Source of the DNA: Ignavibacteriota bacterium
Lineage (GTDB): Bacteria; Bacteroidota; Ignavibacteria; UBA10030; CAVZMI01
Direction: 5' to 3'
NCBI GenBank assembly: GCA_963776275.1
Contig: CAVZMI010000021.1
Location: forward strand, 32,001 to 96,000
Length of the DNA stretch: 64,000 nt
The notes beneath the pieces are model-generated. The model was given only the letters and a program-made list of their open reading frames with translations, had not been told where the DNA came from and did not search any database. Shown here piece by piece: positions 50,951 to 62,602 of this stretch. The stretch's first letter is position 1; every line of letters starts with the position of its first letter. The position numbers were made by a program, and so were the translations under genes.

Positions 50951-51256
50951 AACCGCCGGCTGCTATTCACTATAGATATACGTGCATTCAAGTCCCTCCA
51001 AAAAGAAATAGCAGAAGTTCTTTCCAAGCATCAGAGTATTGCGCCTGTCCCTTTCCTTATATTTTTTCTTGCTTTTCAGTTCACTCTTTCATACATTTTT
51101 TAAACATTGAAAAATTTTACAACATTCAAAACCTTAAAGATATTCGTTCCCCTCATTACCAGATGGCATGAAATACAGCACGGGGTTTTTCCTATCACAT
51201 CGCATACACCCCAAGATGCATTATGTATAATCCACGAATAGAAGGAGCTCATAGCA

Positions 51257-51670
51257 ATGCTACAACCAGACACTCATGATACAGGTTCTCGCTACCCCTG
51301 GTATCACACTCTTCTCGGGTATCATAAATTCTCTGGAAGCTGGGCGTGGATTATCCATCGACTTACAGGCATAGGACTGATTACATACATCATCATACAC
51401 ATTTATACCCTTAGCAGTCTCCAAAAAGGAAAAGAGGCATTTGACACAGAAATGAGGCTCTTCACCAGCCCGTTCTTCCTATTCCTGGAGTGGGCTCTTG
51501 GAGCTTTCGTATTATATCATGCCCTAAATGGTATTCGAATCGTCCTAATTGATCTTGGCAGCAGGTCGAAATACCACAAGGCATTGTACTATGCCACATG
51601 GACCGTCGGTATCATTTTGCTGGTCATTATGGCGATTCTTATTTTTGATCCTCACATAGTCCGCCAATAA
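51257..51670 (+). CDS. sdhC: Succinate dehydrogenase cytochrome b subunit
   Basis: IHRLTG, HALNGIR, 3 TM. Confidence 0.92.
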   Translation: MLQPDTHDTGSRYPWYHTLLGYHKFSGSWAWIIHRLTGIGLITYIIIHIYTLSSLQKGKEAFDTEMRLFTSPFFLFLEWALGAFVLYHALNGIRIVLIDLGSRSKYHKALYYATWTVGIILLVIMAILIFDPHIVRQ

Positions 51671-51698
51671 ACCACAAAAACACAAGGGAAATTTATGC

Positions 51699-52052
51699 AT
51701 GGCCTATAAAAATCTTGGATCACGGACTTCAGGAGCTTCATCATGGCTCTGGCAGCGGATTACCGGCCTCGTCCTCGTTGTGGTAATGGTCGGACATTAC
51801 TTTCTAATGCATTATACTCCCGATTCCGGACATACCTATGAAGCAGTGCTTTACCGCTTGCAAAATCCTTTCTGGAAAGTTTTTGATCTTACTTTTGTTG
51901 TATTTGGATTATATCACGGTCTTCAGGGAGTCTGGAATATTATTCGCGATTTCACAATGAGCAATACAGGACGCATCGTGGCAATGATCCTGCTTTTAAT
52001 TATCGGCGTCGGGTTCGGCGTGCTGGGATTTACCACAATCCTGAAATTCTAA
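51699..52052 (+). CDS. sdhD: Succinate dehydrogenase membrane anchor
   Basis: WLWQRITG, YHGLQG. Confidence 0.9.
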   Translation: MAYKNLGSRTSGASSWLWQRITGLVLVVVMVGHYFLMHYTPDSGHTYEAVLYRLQNPFWKVFDLTFVVFGLYHGLQGVWNIIRDFTMSNTGRIVAMILLLIIGVGFGVLGFTTILKF

Positions 52053-52079
52053 TCGGTAACCGCCAGAAGGAATAAATTA

Positions 52080-53815
52080 ATGGTTCACACATATGATATT
52101 GTTATCGTTGGAGCAGGCGGGGCCGGATTGCGTGCTGCGATTGAAACACCCCCCGGTGCAACCTGCGCGGTAATTACAAAAGTTTTTCCATCGCGCTCGC
52201 ATACGGGAACGGCACAAGGTGGCGTGTGTGCGGCATTAGCCAATGAAGAAGAAGATTCTTGGGAATGGCATATGTTCGATACAGTTAAGGGCGGTGACTA
52301 CCTTGGTGACCAGGATGCAATCGAGATTATGTGTCAGGATGCCATTCGTGCAATCATCGAACTCGAGCACATGGGGCTCCCCTTCTCGCGCACCCACGAT
52401 GGAAAAATAGCACAACGCCGTTTCGGCGGTCACACACGGGATTTCGGCAAAGCACCGGTGAAACGCGCGTGTTATTCTGCAGATCAGCCGGTCACGTCAT
52501 GCTGCAAACGCTGTTCGAGAATTGCATCCGCAACAGAGTAAATTTTTTTCCCGAATATTTGGTCACAGATCTTATTATCGATAAAAAAGGAATTTGCTGC
52601 GGTGTTGTTGCATACGACATCGCAACGGGTGAGATACATACATTCCACGCACGGGCGGTAATGTTTGCTACAGGCGGATACGGCCGCGCATATCGCATCA
52701 CCTCGAATGCAATGATCAGCACGGGAGACGGATTTGACATTATGTACGAACGGGGTATCCCGCTGGAAGACATGGAGTTCGTCCAATTCCATCCAACGGG
52801 TCTCTGGAAACTTGGTATTCTTGTTTCCGAGGCAGCCCGTGGTGAAGGTGGAATTCTCCTGAACAACAGGGGTGAAAGATTCATGGAACGATACGCTCCG
52901 ACGGTGAAAGACCTTGCACCACGCGACATGATCTCGCGTGCCATCATGACCGAAATCCGCGAAGGTCGCGGCTTTCAAGGAACTGATGGAACGTACTATA
53001 TCAATCTCGACGTTTCCCATCTCGGGAAAAAAGTCATCGATGAAAAAATCCCGGAGATTACAGGATTCGCCCGCACCTATCTTGGCGTCGAACCGACGAA
53101 AGAACCGATCCCGGTTCAGCCGACTACACATTATGCGATGGGAGGGATTCCCACAGATATCGACGGCCACGTATTGATCGATGCCAAAGGAAACAATATG
53201 CCTGGATTGTACTCTGCCGGCGAATGTGCCTGTGTCTCTGTTCATGGTGCGAATCGTCTGGGCACAAATTCGCTTCTCGACATTGTTGTTTTTGGCCGGC
53301 GGGGAGGAAAAGCGATTGCCGAGTATTTGAAGACAGCCGAATTCGTCCCGCTTCCAAAAAACGCGGAAGAAAAAAGCCGTGACCACATATCTACAATTCT
53401 CTGTAACGTAGGCAAGGAATCGGTTGCAACACTACGCACCAAGCTCCAGGAAACAATGATGGAGAATGTCGGCATCTTTAGGACGAAGGCTGGCATTAAA
53501 AAGGCCCTGAAGAAAATTGAAGAAATCAAGAGCCGGTACAAACATACCGCCATTGAAGATAAGGGAAAGACATTTAATACCGATCTGGTGGAAGCAATTG
53601 AACTGAAACATCTCATCGGGACTTCGGAAGCGATTGCCATTTCCGCCTTGAACCGCGAGGAAAGTCGTGGCGCCCACGCGTGTGAAGATTTTCCAAAACG
53701 CGACGACAAAAAATGGTTAAAGCACACTTTCCTCACACTAAAAGATGGAAAGACAAGGATCACCTATAAACCGGTAACGATTACACGATTCCAACCGCAA
53801 GAGAGAAAGTACTAA
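52080..53815 (+). CDS. sdhA: Succinate dehydrogenase flavoprotein, frameshift near 52487
   Basis: [38 protein letters not shown]; two ORFs join at AD.TGH. Confidence 0.93.
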
Positions 53816-53835
53816 GGGAACCTTAAGGAGACTTT

Positions 53836-54545
53836 ATGGAAGTGGTGTTCAAAATACAACGATTTGATCCCCAAAAAGATCAAGCTCCATATTATCACGA
53901 ATATAAAGTTCCGAATGTAGACACGAACTGGAGCATACTGGACGTGCTCAACGAGATCAAATGGAAACAGGATGGCACGTTAACCTATCGCCGCTCATGC
54001 GCACACGGCATCTGCGGTTCGGATGGTGTACGGATCAACGGGAAAAACCGACTCGCATGCGCACTGCTTCTACAGGATATAGAATATAAGAAGACCGTAA
54101 CGATCGAACCGCTCCCCGCACTGCCCGTCATCAAAGATCTTGTGGTGAACCTGCAAAGTTTTTATGATAAGTATGAAGTAATCAAGCCATACCTGATAAA
54201 TAAGAATCCGCCGCCTGAACGCGAACGACTCCAGAGTAATAAAGATGCGGAACTGCTTTTCGAATCGGCAAAATGTATTCTGTGCGCCTGTTGTACAACG
54301 TCATGCCCATCGCTCTGGGCACGAACGAGAATTATCTGGGGCCTGCTTCATTCTTGAAAGTATTTCGATTTGTGTTTGATACGCGTGATGAAGCTGCAGA
54401 CGAGCGTCTCAATATTATCGACACACAGGATGGAATATGGCGGTGTCATACAATCTTCAATTGCGTTGAAGCGTGTCCGAAAGAGATCGATATCACATGG
54501 CACATTTCGCAATTGAAGAAGAAACTGGTGGCAAGAAAATATTAA
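53836..54545 (+). CDS. sdhB: Succinate dehydrogenase Fe-S subunit, frameshift near 54320
   Basis: SCAHGICGSD, CILCACCTTSCP, CHTIFNCVEACP. Confidence 0.93.
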
Positions 54546-54683
54546 TGATTGGTTTTTTAAACACTTCGTTCTCTGCGGATTCTTTGAGTTCTCCGTGTTT
54601 TTCTTTTTCACATTGATAAAAATATAAACACTGAGTCACAGAGGACACGGAGTGGAGATTGTTTTAGACTGTGTCTTTCAGAA

Positions 54684-54730
54684 AAAACCGGCTGATTTGC
54701 GAACTCTGAACGATTCAACCAGCCGGTTTT
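54684..54730. terminator. Hairpin between convergent genes
   Basis: AAAACCGGCTG-N25-CAGCCGGTTTT. Confidence 0.55.
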
Positions 54731-54766
54731 ATTATAAGGTTCTATAGGAAATGATGCACCATCTTC

Positions 54767-55243
54767 CTATTTATTCACTACCAATGTTCCCGCCATCATA
54801 TCGTGCAGCGCTTGTTTTTTCTCTGTGAACGCCGCCATGATAAATCCGATGTATAATATCATTCCTGATATTATTTTCCCGAAGTATCGGCCGGTCGCTT
54901 TTCCAAAGCTTATTTTCCCCGCATTTAGATCCGTTACTATAATCCCCAGCGCCATTTTCCCCAGTGTCGCCTGGCGGGACGACGATTCCATCAACGCAAA
55001 ATAGAGCCATGCTAGGATCATCAACACGAGGAGTGCAAAAAATAATCCCCCGAAAATGAGACCGATTAATCCTGCGGCGGCCTCCGGGTTATCCATCGAA
55101 CTTCCGACTCCTGCACCCACGCCGATCACAGCCAGGAATGGGACGAGCACAAGAAAATTAACCAATCCCAGAATCAGACCATCGATGAGATATGCTGCAA
55201 CACGTTTCCAGAATCCCGCATACGTTACAACTTGAGGTTCCAT
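54767..55243 (-). CDS. RDD-family membrane protein
   Basis: YAGFWKRVAAYLID, ATLGK, QALHD. Confidence 0.92.
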   Translation of the reverse strand: MEPQVVTYAGFWKRVAAYLIDGLILGLVNFLVLVPFLAVIGVGAGVGSSMDNPEAAAGLIGLIFGGLFFALLVLMILAWLYFALMESSSRQATLGKMALGIIVTDLNAGKISFGKATGRYFGKIISGMILYIGFIMAAFTEKKQALHDMMAGTLVVNK

Positions 55244-55318
55244 GGCGTATCCTTTCTTTTTGTAAGGGGTGGATAATGTAACGAAATTACTGTATAATGG
55301 AATCTACGGAATCATTTT

Positions 55319-55720
55319 ATGGAAATCAAAACATATATTATATCAATCGTATTAGTGTGGCTCACCGTGGTTGTCACTGAATATATCGGCCATCATTTGA
55401 TTTTTTCGAGGGTCTGGAAGAAGTTTGGCGAATATCCTCCCGTCGAAGAGATTGGTTCCGATAAAATGTCATGGAATATGCTGGCGGCATTAATTTATTC
55501 AGTCGTTTTTGTTCAGCTTTACACGCTGAATTTTATCGGTACGGGGCCCACGGTCGGACTCCAATTCGGGCTTCTTATCGGCTGTATAATCTCCATACCC
55601 CGGCTTCTTCACCAGCGTGCCCATTCACCGCTTAGATGGGAACTTGAAATTATCTCCCCCTTCATCACCATCGCAGAATCGGGATTCTCAGGGATCCTGG
55701 TGGCATGGATGTTTCAATAG
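55319..55720 (+). CDS. Hypothetical membrane protein (~4 TM)
   Basis: Hydrophobic ORF, G..FGLLIG motif. Confidence 0.65.
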   Translation: MEIKTYIISIVLVWLTVVVTEYIGHHLIFSRVWKKFGEYPPVEEIGSDKMSWNMLAALIYSVVFVQLYTLNFIGTGPTVGLQFGLLIGCIISIPRLLHQRAHSPLRWELEIISPFITIAESGFSGILVAWMFQ

Positions 55721-55786
55721 GCTTTATTAAAAAGATTAGTTGAAATTTCGGATTTGGGACTTATCCTGAGTTTATCGAGGGATAAA

Positions 55787-56422
55787 TCATCGAAATGAAA
55801 ATATAATTAGGCAAACTTTTGGATTTAGTTTCTGCATTGCTTTATTACTTGATTGAAAATCACGATCTCCCATAACTGAATCATATTCTTTTTCATGGAT
55901 TGTTCTTACATCTATATCAGGTACAAGATATAGACGAATCTCAGACAGTCGATCAGCAAGTTTACCTTTTTCCCATGAAATAACAGCTCCTTCATAATCC
56001 CAGGCAAATCCTGCAAGCACAAACGATTTTCCATTAAGTAATTCCAGTTCTTTAAGCGAAGTACCAAGTGTAATATCTTTATATGTCCGCCATAAAGTTT
56101 TTGACCCACTAATTCTTACTTCTTGGGGATATTTTTGATTTATCGAATCTTTCCATAAAATGCGAAGAGTTTTTTGTTCATCATTAGGAAAAATAACACT
56201 CCCGGGTTCGGTAAATCCTTCTCCTATATATATTCTGTCGCTGACGACATTTGGTTCTCCGAAAATCATTTTTAATTCTGAAGCGGTTGTCCCGGGAGAA
56301 ATCGGACCGATATTTTCCTGGGGAATAATACGCCAATCAAATGGTTTTGAAATTTCCTGGGCCGACAGGAATTGCGGAACAATAAAAACAACAGTGATGA
56401 ATTTTAATAAAAACTTTTTCAT
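55787..56422 (-). CDS. Exported hypothetical protein, AT-rich
   Basis: Signal peptide; NGKSF..GFAWDYEG motif. Confidence 0.75.
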   Translation of the reverse strand: MKKFLLKFITVVFIVPQFLSAQEISKPFDWRIIPQENIGPISPGTTASELKMIFGEPNVVSDRIYIGEGFTEPGSVIFPNDEQKTLRILWKDSINQKYPQEVRISGSKTLWRTYKDITLGTSLKELELLNGKSFVLAGFAWDYEGAVISWEKGKLADRLSEIRLYLVPDIDVRTIHEKEYDSVMGDRDFQSSNKAMQKLNPKVCLIIFSFR

Positions 56423-56658
56423 AGCATGCCTTATAATATTTTCTATTGATTTGTTGCTATGTATCTTTTGCAGTCTATCAGAACTTCCTTACGACGGGAA
56501 AGCCAGGCTCCCCTCCTTTTTCAATTGGCCGAAATTCTCTTTCTAAAAAGATTTGGAGTAGACTTGTCCGTCGGAATCCCAATGGCTTGCCATGAGCTTT
56601 CGGCCCGAGCGGCTCGACCCGCTTCGGCGAGCGAGGCGAGAACTCCCTCGGAGCTGGC

Positions 56659-57243
56659 TCATTTCTTCAACCATTCTTCGAACAAAGCATCAAAAACATT
56701 TTTTGAAAATTTTCTGGACTTGAATTGTCCCGCCTCCATTCGCTGGCGAAAGGCTTCATAGAGCGATACTGCACAGGCAACCGAGACGTTGAGGCTTTGA
56801 ATCATTCCCATCATCGGAATCAGAAAATTCCCGTCGGCTTTCTCTGCCGCTTCATCCGATACACCGCGGTGCTCGTTGCCGAATACAAGCGCTACCGGAC
56901 GCGTGAGGTCGAGCGAATAAAGCGACACGGCCTCTTCGCCAAGATGGGTAGCATAGATATGAAAACCTTCGCTGTGAAGTTTTGAGTAACATTTGTCTAT
57001 TGAAGTAAATTTCCGTCTCAATACCCATTTTCGTGCACTTGCCGAACTTTTTTCGCCTATTTTGGGAAATTCCTCCTTCGTGTAGACCAGCTGCACTTCC
57101 ATTACGCCGACGGCATCTGCGGATCGAAGCATTGCACTCACATTGTGCGGATCGTGGATATTTTCCATGACGATGGTCAGGTCGGGCTGCCGGTGTCTCA
57201 GCACCGAGTGTATTTTTTTTAAGCGCTGATCGGTGCGTTTCAC
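56659..57243 (-). CDS. trmH: tRNA Gm18 2'-O-methyltransferase (SpoU/TrmH)
   Basis: HDPHNVSAMLRS, FGNEHRGVS, IPMMGMIQSLNVSVA. Confidence 0.9.
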   Translation of the reverse strand: MKRTDQRLKKIHSVLRHRQPDLTIVMENIHDPHNVSAMLRSADAVGVMEVQLVYTKEEFPKIGEKSSASARKWVLRRKFTSIDKCYSKLHSEGFHIYATHLGEEAVSLYSLDLTRPVALVFGNEHRGVSDEAAEKADGNFLIPMMGMIQSLNVSVACAVSLYEAFRQRMEAGQFKSRKFSKNVFDALFEEWLKK

Positions 57244-58130
57244 TATTCCTCCGATTCTTCACGATTTATCTCAATGAGGCTGACTGCAGCTAGAACAGTT
57301 ATTGCTCCCGTGATCTGGACAAAACTTAATTTTTCACCTATGAAGAGATATGCTGAAACAATCGCCACTACCGGCTCGAGCGTACTTACGATACTTGCGC
57401 GACTCACCTGTACGAGATGGAGTCCGGCACTGAAAAACGAATAGGGAATCAGGATGGAGCCGATGGAAAAGAGGAGGAAAATTCCCCAATCATGAAGCGT
57501 ATAGCCCTGTGATATAATTTCGACCGGTGTATTGATGCAAAGCCAGAACAGCATAGCAAACCCGAATGCATAGATGAGCATTGTCCAATGCTGGTACCGC
57601 CGTAAAATATGTTTGCCCATGATGATCATGAAAGAAAAAGTTAAAGCCGAACCTATCCCCGTTACTATCCCCAATCCCTGGAGGTGGATTGTCGTTATGT
57701 CGCCGCCGCTCACTGCTAGAAAACAACCTATCATCGAGAGAGCAAGAGCAAAAAATTTTATCTTTGTAAATCGTTCTTCGTGAAAGAAGGTCGCATAGAG
57801 TGTCACCATCACCGGTGCGGTATACTGGATGAGAATTGCTGTCGCGACCGTGGTCTCTTTAACCGTAAAATAGTACAGGAAGTTCGTTGCCGCGATCCCG
57901 ATGACGCCGAGCGTAATGAGTGAACCAAGATCACGGATATGAATTTTCAACATCGCACGATTGGTTATACTAAAGTACCCGAAGAGGAGCAGAAATGCCA
58001 GTGACGAACGAGTCTGTACAATAATGAGTGTGTCGATATTATGCATGAAAAGATATTTAGCAACCGTTGCAGATACACCCCAGAACAGCACTGCTATCAT
58101 GATAAAAATATAGCCGCGGAGTGTCTTCAT
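57243..58130 (-). CDS. EamA/DMT-family transporter
   Basis: ~10 TM, QYTAPV, LEPVVA. Confidence 0.9.
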   Translation of the reverse strand: MKTLRGYIFIMIAVLFWGVSATVAKYLFMHNIDTLIIVQTRSSLAFLLLFGYFSITNRAMLKIHIRDLGSLITLGVIGIAATNFLYYFTVKETTVATAILIQYTAPVMVTLYATFFHEERFTKIKFFALALSMIGCFLAVSGGDITTIHLQGLGIVTGIGSALTFSFMIIMGKHILRRYQHWTMLIYAFGFAMLFWLCINTPVEIISQGYTLHDWGIFLLFSIGSILIPYSFFSAGLHLVQVSRASIVSTLEPVVAIVSAYLFIGEKLSFVQITGAITVLAAVSLIEINREESEE

Positions 58131-58735
58131 GCTGAAGGCGATGGTTGATCGGGCGGGGACGGCGGTTCGACCGGAGATGATGGGGGTGAGCCCGCTCCGC
58201 CGCGAGGCGAGCCCGCTTCATCGGCTTTGAGTTTATAATATTCGCTCAGATCGGCATCTCCGAGGATCGCATACAGTTTGGAAAGTCTTCGGAGCAAATG
58301 TTCGGATTCAACCACATGCTCTAGACCGAATTTAAGGAACTCGATCAGACCGTCAATCGGGGGAATGTTTAAATCCGGTTCGTAACAATCACTTGCGTCA
58401 AGATACGAGGCGGGGTCCGTAGGCCGCGTATATGCGGCTTTTTTGTAATATGTCAACGCAAGTTCGTAGTTGTCGTATGCCGAATATGTGACGGCAAAGA
58501 CGCTCGCAAGCCATCGATATACTTCAAAGGCAATGTCCGGAAACTCCTTGGCAAGTTTTTCACCAAACAAACAGAGTTCATCGGGAGTAAGTGAATGGTT
58601 CCAGAACAATAATCGATAGAGCTCAAGATCGACGAGTCGTTGATTCACAGCATCTTCAAACGCATCAAAGATTTCGTTGAATTCGTTGGAACCGGCAAAG
58701 CGTCTTCTTATTTCTTCGACTGCAAATCGTGCCAT
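58127..58735 (-). CDS. Hypothetical helical (TPR-like) protein with Pro/Ser-rich tail
   Basis: MARFAVEE..YELALTYYKKAA; coupled to the EamA gene. Confidence 0.7.
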   Translation of the reverse strand: MARFAVEEIRRRFAGSNEFNEIFDAFEDAVNQRLVDLELYRLLFWNHSLTPDELCLFGEKLAKEFPDIAFEVYRWLASVFAVTYSAYDNYELALTYYKKAAYTRPTDPASYLDASDCYEPDLNIPPIDGLIEFLKFGLEHVVESEHLLRRLSKLYAILGDADLSEYYKLKADEAGSPRGGAGSPPSSPVEPPSPPDQPSPSA

Positions 58736-58909
58736 GGGTTGACGCGTGGACGTGACAAACACCGATCTAATTGAACAGTAGATATAAAAATTCAATTTGG
58801 GGGCGCCGCCTACCTCCCTTGCCCCCAATTCCCGGTGAGAATGCGTTCTTTTCTGGTTTTTTCCAGTTGAAAAAAACTTACAAAACATGTATCTGAAAAG
58901 CAACTCCGG

Positions 58910-60681
58910 TCACCGTATCGTCATATATTTTGAAATCGTTTCCTTTTCGGTTTTGAGTGTATAGCGATAAGAACCTTTTACAAGTTTCAGGCGATAGAGA
59001 GGAACGACAAACGAACCCGCGCCTTGCATTGCATCCACCATCGTCTCAATATAATTTCCATTCTCATCGAAGAGCTGAAGGGATACCTGTGAAGGTTGTG
59101 CAAGCTGATATGCAATATATGTCTTACGGTCCATCGGATTTGGTATGTTTTGTGCCAGCATTGTTTTCGGCTCGAAATATTGCCGCATTACAACTGCTTC
59201 CTGAAATTCAGCAGTTGTCATATTCGACGGCTGACTTTCAATGTTCGCTTTATCGAATGCTGTGACTACATAGAAATATTTCAATGCTGTGGGTCGGTCT
59301 ATGATATCTGTGAATGCGGTCTGTAATCCGGATGTAACAGCAACGAAACAGTCGGATGTGGAGATATCGATCGTCGGAGAGATCGAGCGATAGATGGCAT
59401 ACCGTTGCGGTGCATATTCTTCAGTGGCAGACGATGGTGGATCCCATTCCAGTGTAAACATACCGGCACTTACTTCTTTTACCCGTAGGTTCTTGGGTGT
59501 GCCGGGAGGCAATGTGTATTTCCATCGCATTGGAGGAATAAGCGCCGGCTTTGAATATCGATTACGAAAGACGGCAACATCTTTCACATCGTTATAAGTG
59601 AAGTAACATTCACCCCCAGCGCCTATGACACGGACGAATCGATCATAGCCGGAATTTGTTGAGGGATACCGGGCCGGAACGCTCCGATTCCGGCATAGAC
59701 ATGACGTCCCCATGAATTATCCTGCCAATCGCGTAATAGCACTGAGAATCGCGGATTGGAATATAGTTCCCAGTACAGTTGCGGTATGATATAATCCACA
59801 ATCCCTTCACGAAGCCACTGCCTTGTGTCCTGATACAGCAATGAATACGACTGCCATCCGGATGCTTCCGGCAGATTTTTATAAATCCCAATCGGCGCAG
59901 CACCGATCTTCAATAATGGCTTTACTGCTGTCGCCCGCTTATAAAATTCCCTGAGGAACAATGTGACATTAAGCCGACGCCATTCATCGCGCGATAAGGA
60001 ACCGCCATAGATCGCATAGGATGAATAATCGTCAAATTCCGGCCCCGGATAGCGCAGATAATCAAAATTAATAGCATCGATATCATACTTCTCCACTAAC
60101 TCCATGGCTATGTCAATCAGTCGTGTACGAACTTGCGGGTAGCCGATATCAAGCCACCATTCAATACTCCCGTTACCGTTTCCGTTCTTATTTCTCCATC
60201 GTTTTAACCATTCAGGATGCGTATGTGCGATGTGGGCCGGAGAAGTCAGAGGCGGGGGATTTTCTCCATCTGCGACTTTGCAAACGTTCCACCACGCATG
60301 GAATTCCAGTCCAAATTTATGAGCCTCTTCGATGGCAAACTTCAGCGGGTCATAATCGGGTTTCCCTCCGAGCACTCCGGTTACGGATGAGGCGAAAGGT
60401 TCGAACTGCGAGGGATACATCACATCGCCGCGAGCACGGACCTGAAACACAACCGCATTAAGATTATTCAGACGGACTGTTTGATAAATATTTATGAGTT
60501 CGAGACGTTGTTCACGGGGATATTTCGACTTTGGCCAGATCGAACCATAGACTGTCGTAATCCAGACACCCCGAAACTCATACTTTGGAGAAAAAGAATA
60601 TGAAGTGTACGACTGGCCCTGAACCGGTCGTGGTAAAAGGTATGCGATGAATATTATAAGGCCAATAGCTACTCGATACAT
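58910..60681 (-). CDS. GHL10 (YddW/DigH-like) glycoside hydrolase with FN3 and T9SS-type C-terminal domain, frameshift near 59632
   Basis: EFRGVWITT, FQVR..GD, EFHAW, FDYLRYP, PQLYW; second ORF has FN3 and QNIPNP sorting-type motif. Confidence 0.85.
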
Positions 60682-60780
60682 GAAAATAACTTTTTTACTT
60701 TTTTCCGAAGTTTTCACATCCTGGTTTAATTACATCATGGATAATCCTGATGCGATTCTTATGGGGAATAAATACCCTTT

Positions 60781-62313
60781 TCATTGTAATTTTCCGATTG
60801 ATTTTTCAACCGCCTGCAAAACCGCTCCGGACCGAAGCAAAGAAAGCGATGTCTGGATATCATCATAGATTACCCGGTCATGCTCGAGGTGCTCTATATG
60901 CCGTCGGACAGTCCGATAGGCAGCCTCCGTACCTTTTCCGCACTTCATCGGCCGATGGAAGTCAATCCCCTGACATGCCACCATCATCTCAATAGCAATC
61001 ACCTGCTGGACATTATGCAAAATTCTCCAGGCTTTCTGTGCACTGATCGAGCCCATACTATTATGATCCTCCTGATTGGCCGAGGTCGGAATAGAATCGA
61101 CACTGGCAGGATGGGCGAGAACCTTATTTTCCGATACGAGTGAAGCTGCAGTGTACTGTGCAACCATCAATCCAGAATGAAGTCCCCCCTTTTTTATCAG
61201 AAACCTCGGAAGACCACTTAGACTTCCATTAACCATCCGCTCAATCCGCCGCTCCGAGATATTTGCCAATTCCGCAAGAGCAATACCGAGGAAATCCATT
61301 GCCAGCGCAATCGGTTGGCCGTGAAAATTTCCTCCTTCAAGATAATCTTTTTCTTTTGAAAAAATAAGTGGATTATCGGTGGCCGCGTTAACCTCAACCG
61401 CTACAATATTATAGATATAGTCAATCGCATCGTGTGAGGCGCCGTGAACCTGGGGAATACATCGAAGTGAATATGCATCCTGGATCTTGTCGTGATGATG
61501 CAGATGCGATTCCCGTATTTCGCTTCCCTTCATCAACTTTCGAATATTCGATGCGACAATGATCTGTCCCGGGTAAGGACGGAGCCTGTGGATCCGCTCA
61601 TCGTATGAGCGGTCGGCTCCCTTGAGCGCATCGATACTCAGAGCTGCAGCAATGTCTGTGTGCTTGGCAAGGATCTTCGCTTCATGGATAGCAATCGCCG
61701 CATAACCTGTCATCATCTGTGTACCGTTAATCAGTGCAAGACCTTCTTTCGCCATCAATCTTACCGGCTGTAAATCAGTTTTCCGCAGGGCAAGGTTCGC
61801 ATCCATCACTTCATTCTGATACAGGACTTTCCCTTTTCCCATCATTGTCAATACTAGATGTGCCAGCTGGACGAGGTCTCCACTCGAACCTACAGAACCC
61901 TGTGATGGAATAACCGGTGTGATTCCATGGTTCAGGAATTTCACAAGTGTCTGAACGGTTTCAAGACGAACTCCTGAATAACCTTTAGCAAGAGCGTTCG
62001 CCCGTAGTACCATCATCGCCCTTACAATTTCTGGCGGCAGCGGATCGCCCGTCCCTGCCGCATGACTTACTACAAGATTTTGTTGAAGCGCCTCTATGTC
62101 TTCACGACTTATTTTCACATTGCTGAATTCACCGAAGCCGGTTGTGACACCATAGATAACAGCCTCTTTTTCAACCCACGAATCAATAAGTCGGCGTGAA
62201 GCTTTGATTGCACGGACGGCTTTTGGCGTTAGCCCTACTGGATTGTTTCGTACGGCAACCTGAGCAACCTGTTCGATTGTCAGGGAATTTCCATCAAGTA
62301 ATATGACATTCAT
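60781..62313 (-). CDS. hutH: Histidine ammonia-lyase
   Basis: YGVTTGFG, SHAAG, GSSGD, KEGLALINGTQ, QDAYSLRC, GGNFHG. Confidence 0.93.
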   Translation of the reverse strand: MNVILLDGNSLTIEQVAQVAVRNNPVGLTPKAVRAIKASRRLIDSWVEKEAVIYGVTTGFGEFSNVKISREDIEALQQNLVVSHAAGTGDPLPPEIVRAMMVLRANALAKGYSGVRLETVQTLVKFLNHGITPVIPSQGSVGSSGDLVQLAHLVLTMMGKGKVLYQNEVMDANLALRKTDLQPVRLMAKEGLALINGTQMMTGYAAIAIHEAKILAKHTDIAAALSIDALKGADRSYDERIHRLRPYPGQIIVASNIRKLMKGSEIRESHLHHHDKIQDAYSLRCIPQVHGASHDAIDYIYNIVAVEVNAATDNPLIFSKEKDYLEGGNFHGQPIALAMDFLGIALAELANISERRIERMVNGSLSGLPRFLIKKGGLHSGLMVAQYTAASLVSENKVLAHPASVDSIPTSANQEDHNSMGSISAQKAWRILHNVQQVIAIEMMVACQGIDFHRPMKCGKGTEAAYRTVRRHIEHLEHDRVIYDDIQTSLSLLRSGAVLQAVEKSIGKLQ

Positions 62314-62602
62314 ATATACGTTGACCGCATGTCAGGTTGATCATTCTGATCCAACATCCTAAAAATGTATGTATAACTTAGAAAATCTTCAAGAAGAATC
62401 CATTTAAACTGGTTTTTTCATCGAGAAATAAGGAAAATGTAAAAATTACACTGAATATCATTCTGAAGATTGTTTCTATCTTTTTAGGCTTAAGAATCTA
62501 TATAATTTAATTATTATTGTTTACGACTGAATTTTTTACATGTTTGTGCCGAAAATAGTGACAGGTGGCATGTAAGATTTACATGGTACAGAAGGGATGA
62601 TA

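Noticed and set aside
52484-53763. Long antisense ORFs over sdhA (similar ones over cheA and ligA)
   Set aside because: Shadow frames of strongly conserved genes
52480-54330. Programmed frameshifting in sdhA/sdhB
   Set aside because: No slippery heptamer or stimulatory structure seen, and similar breaks are scattered over unrelated genes
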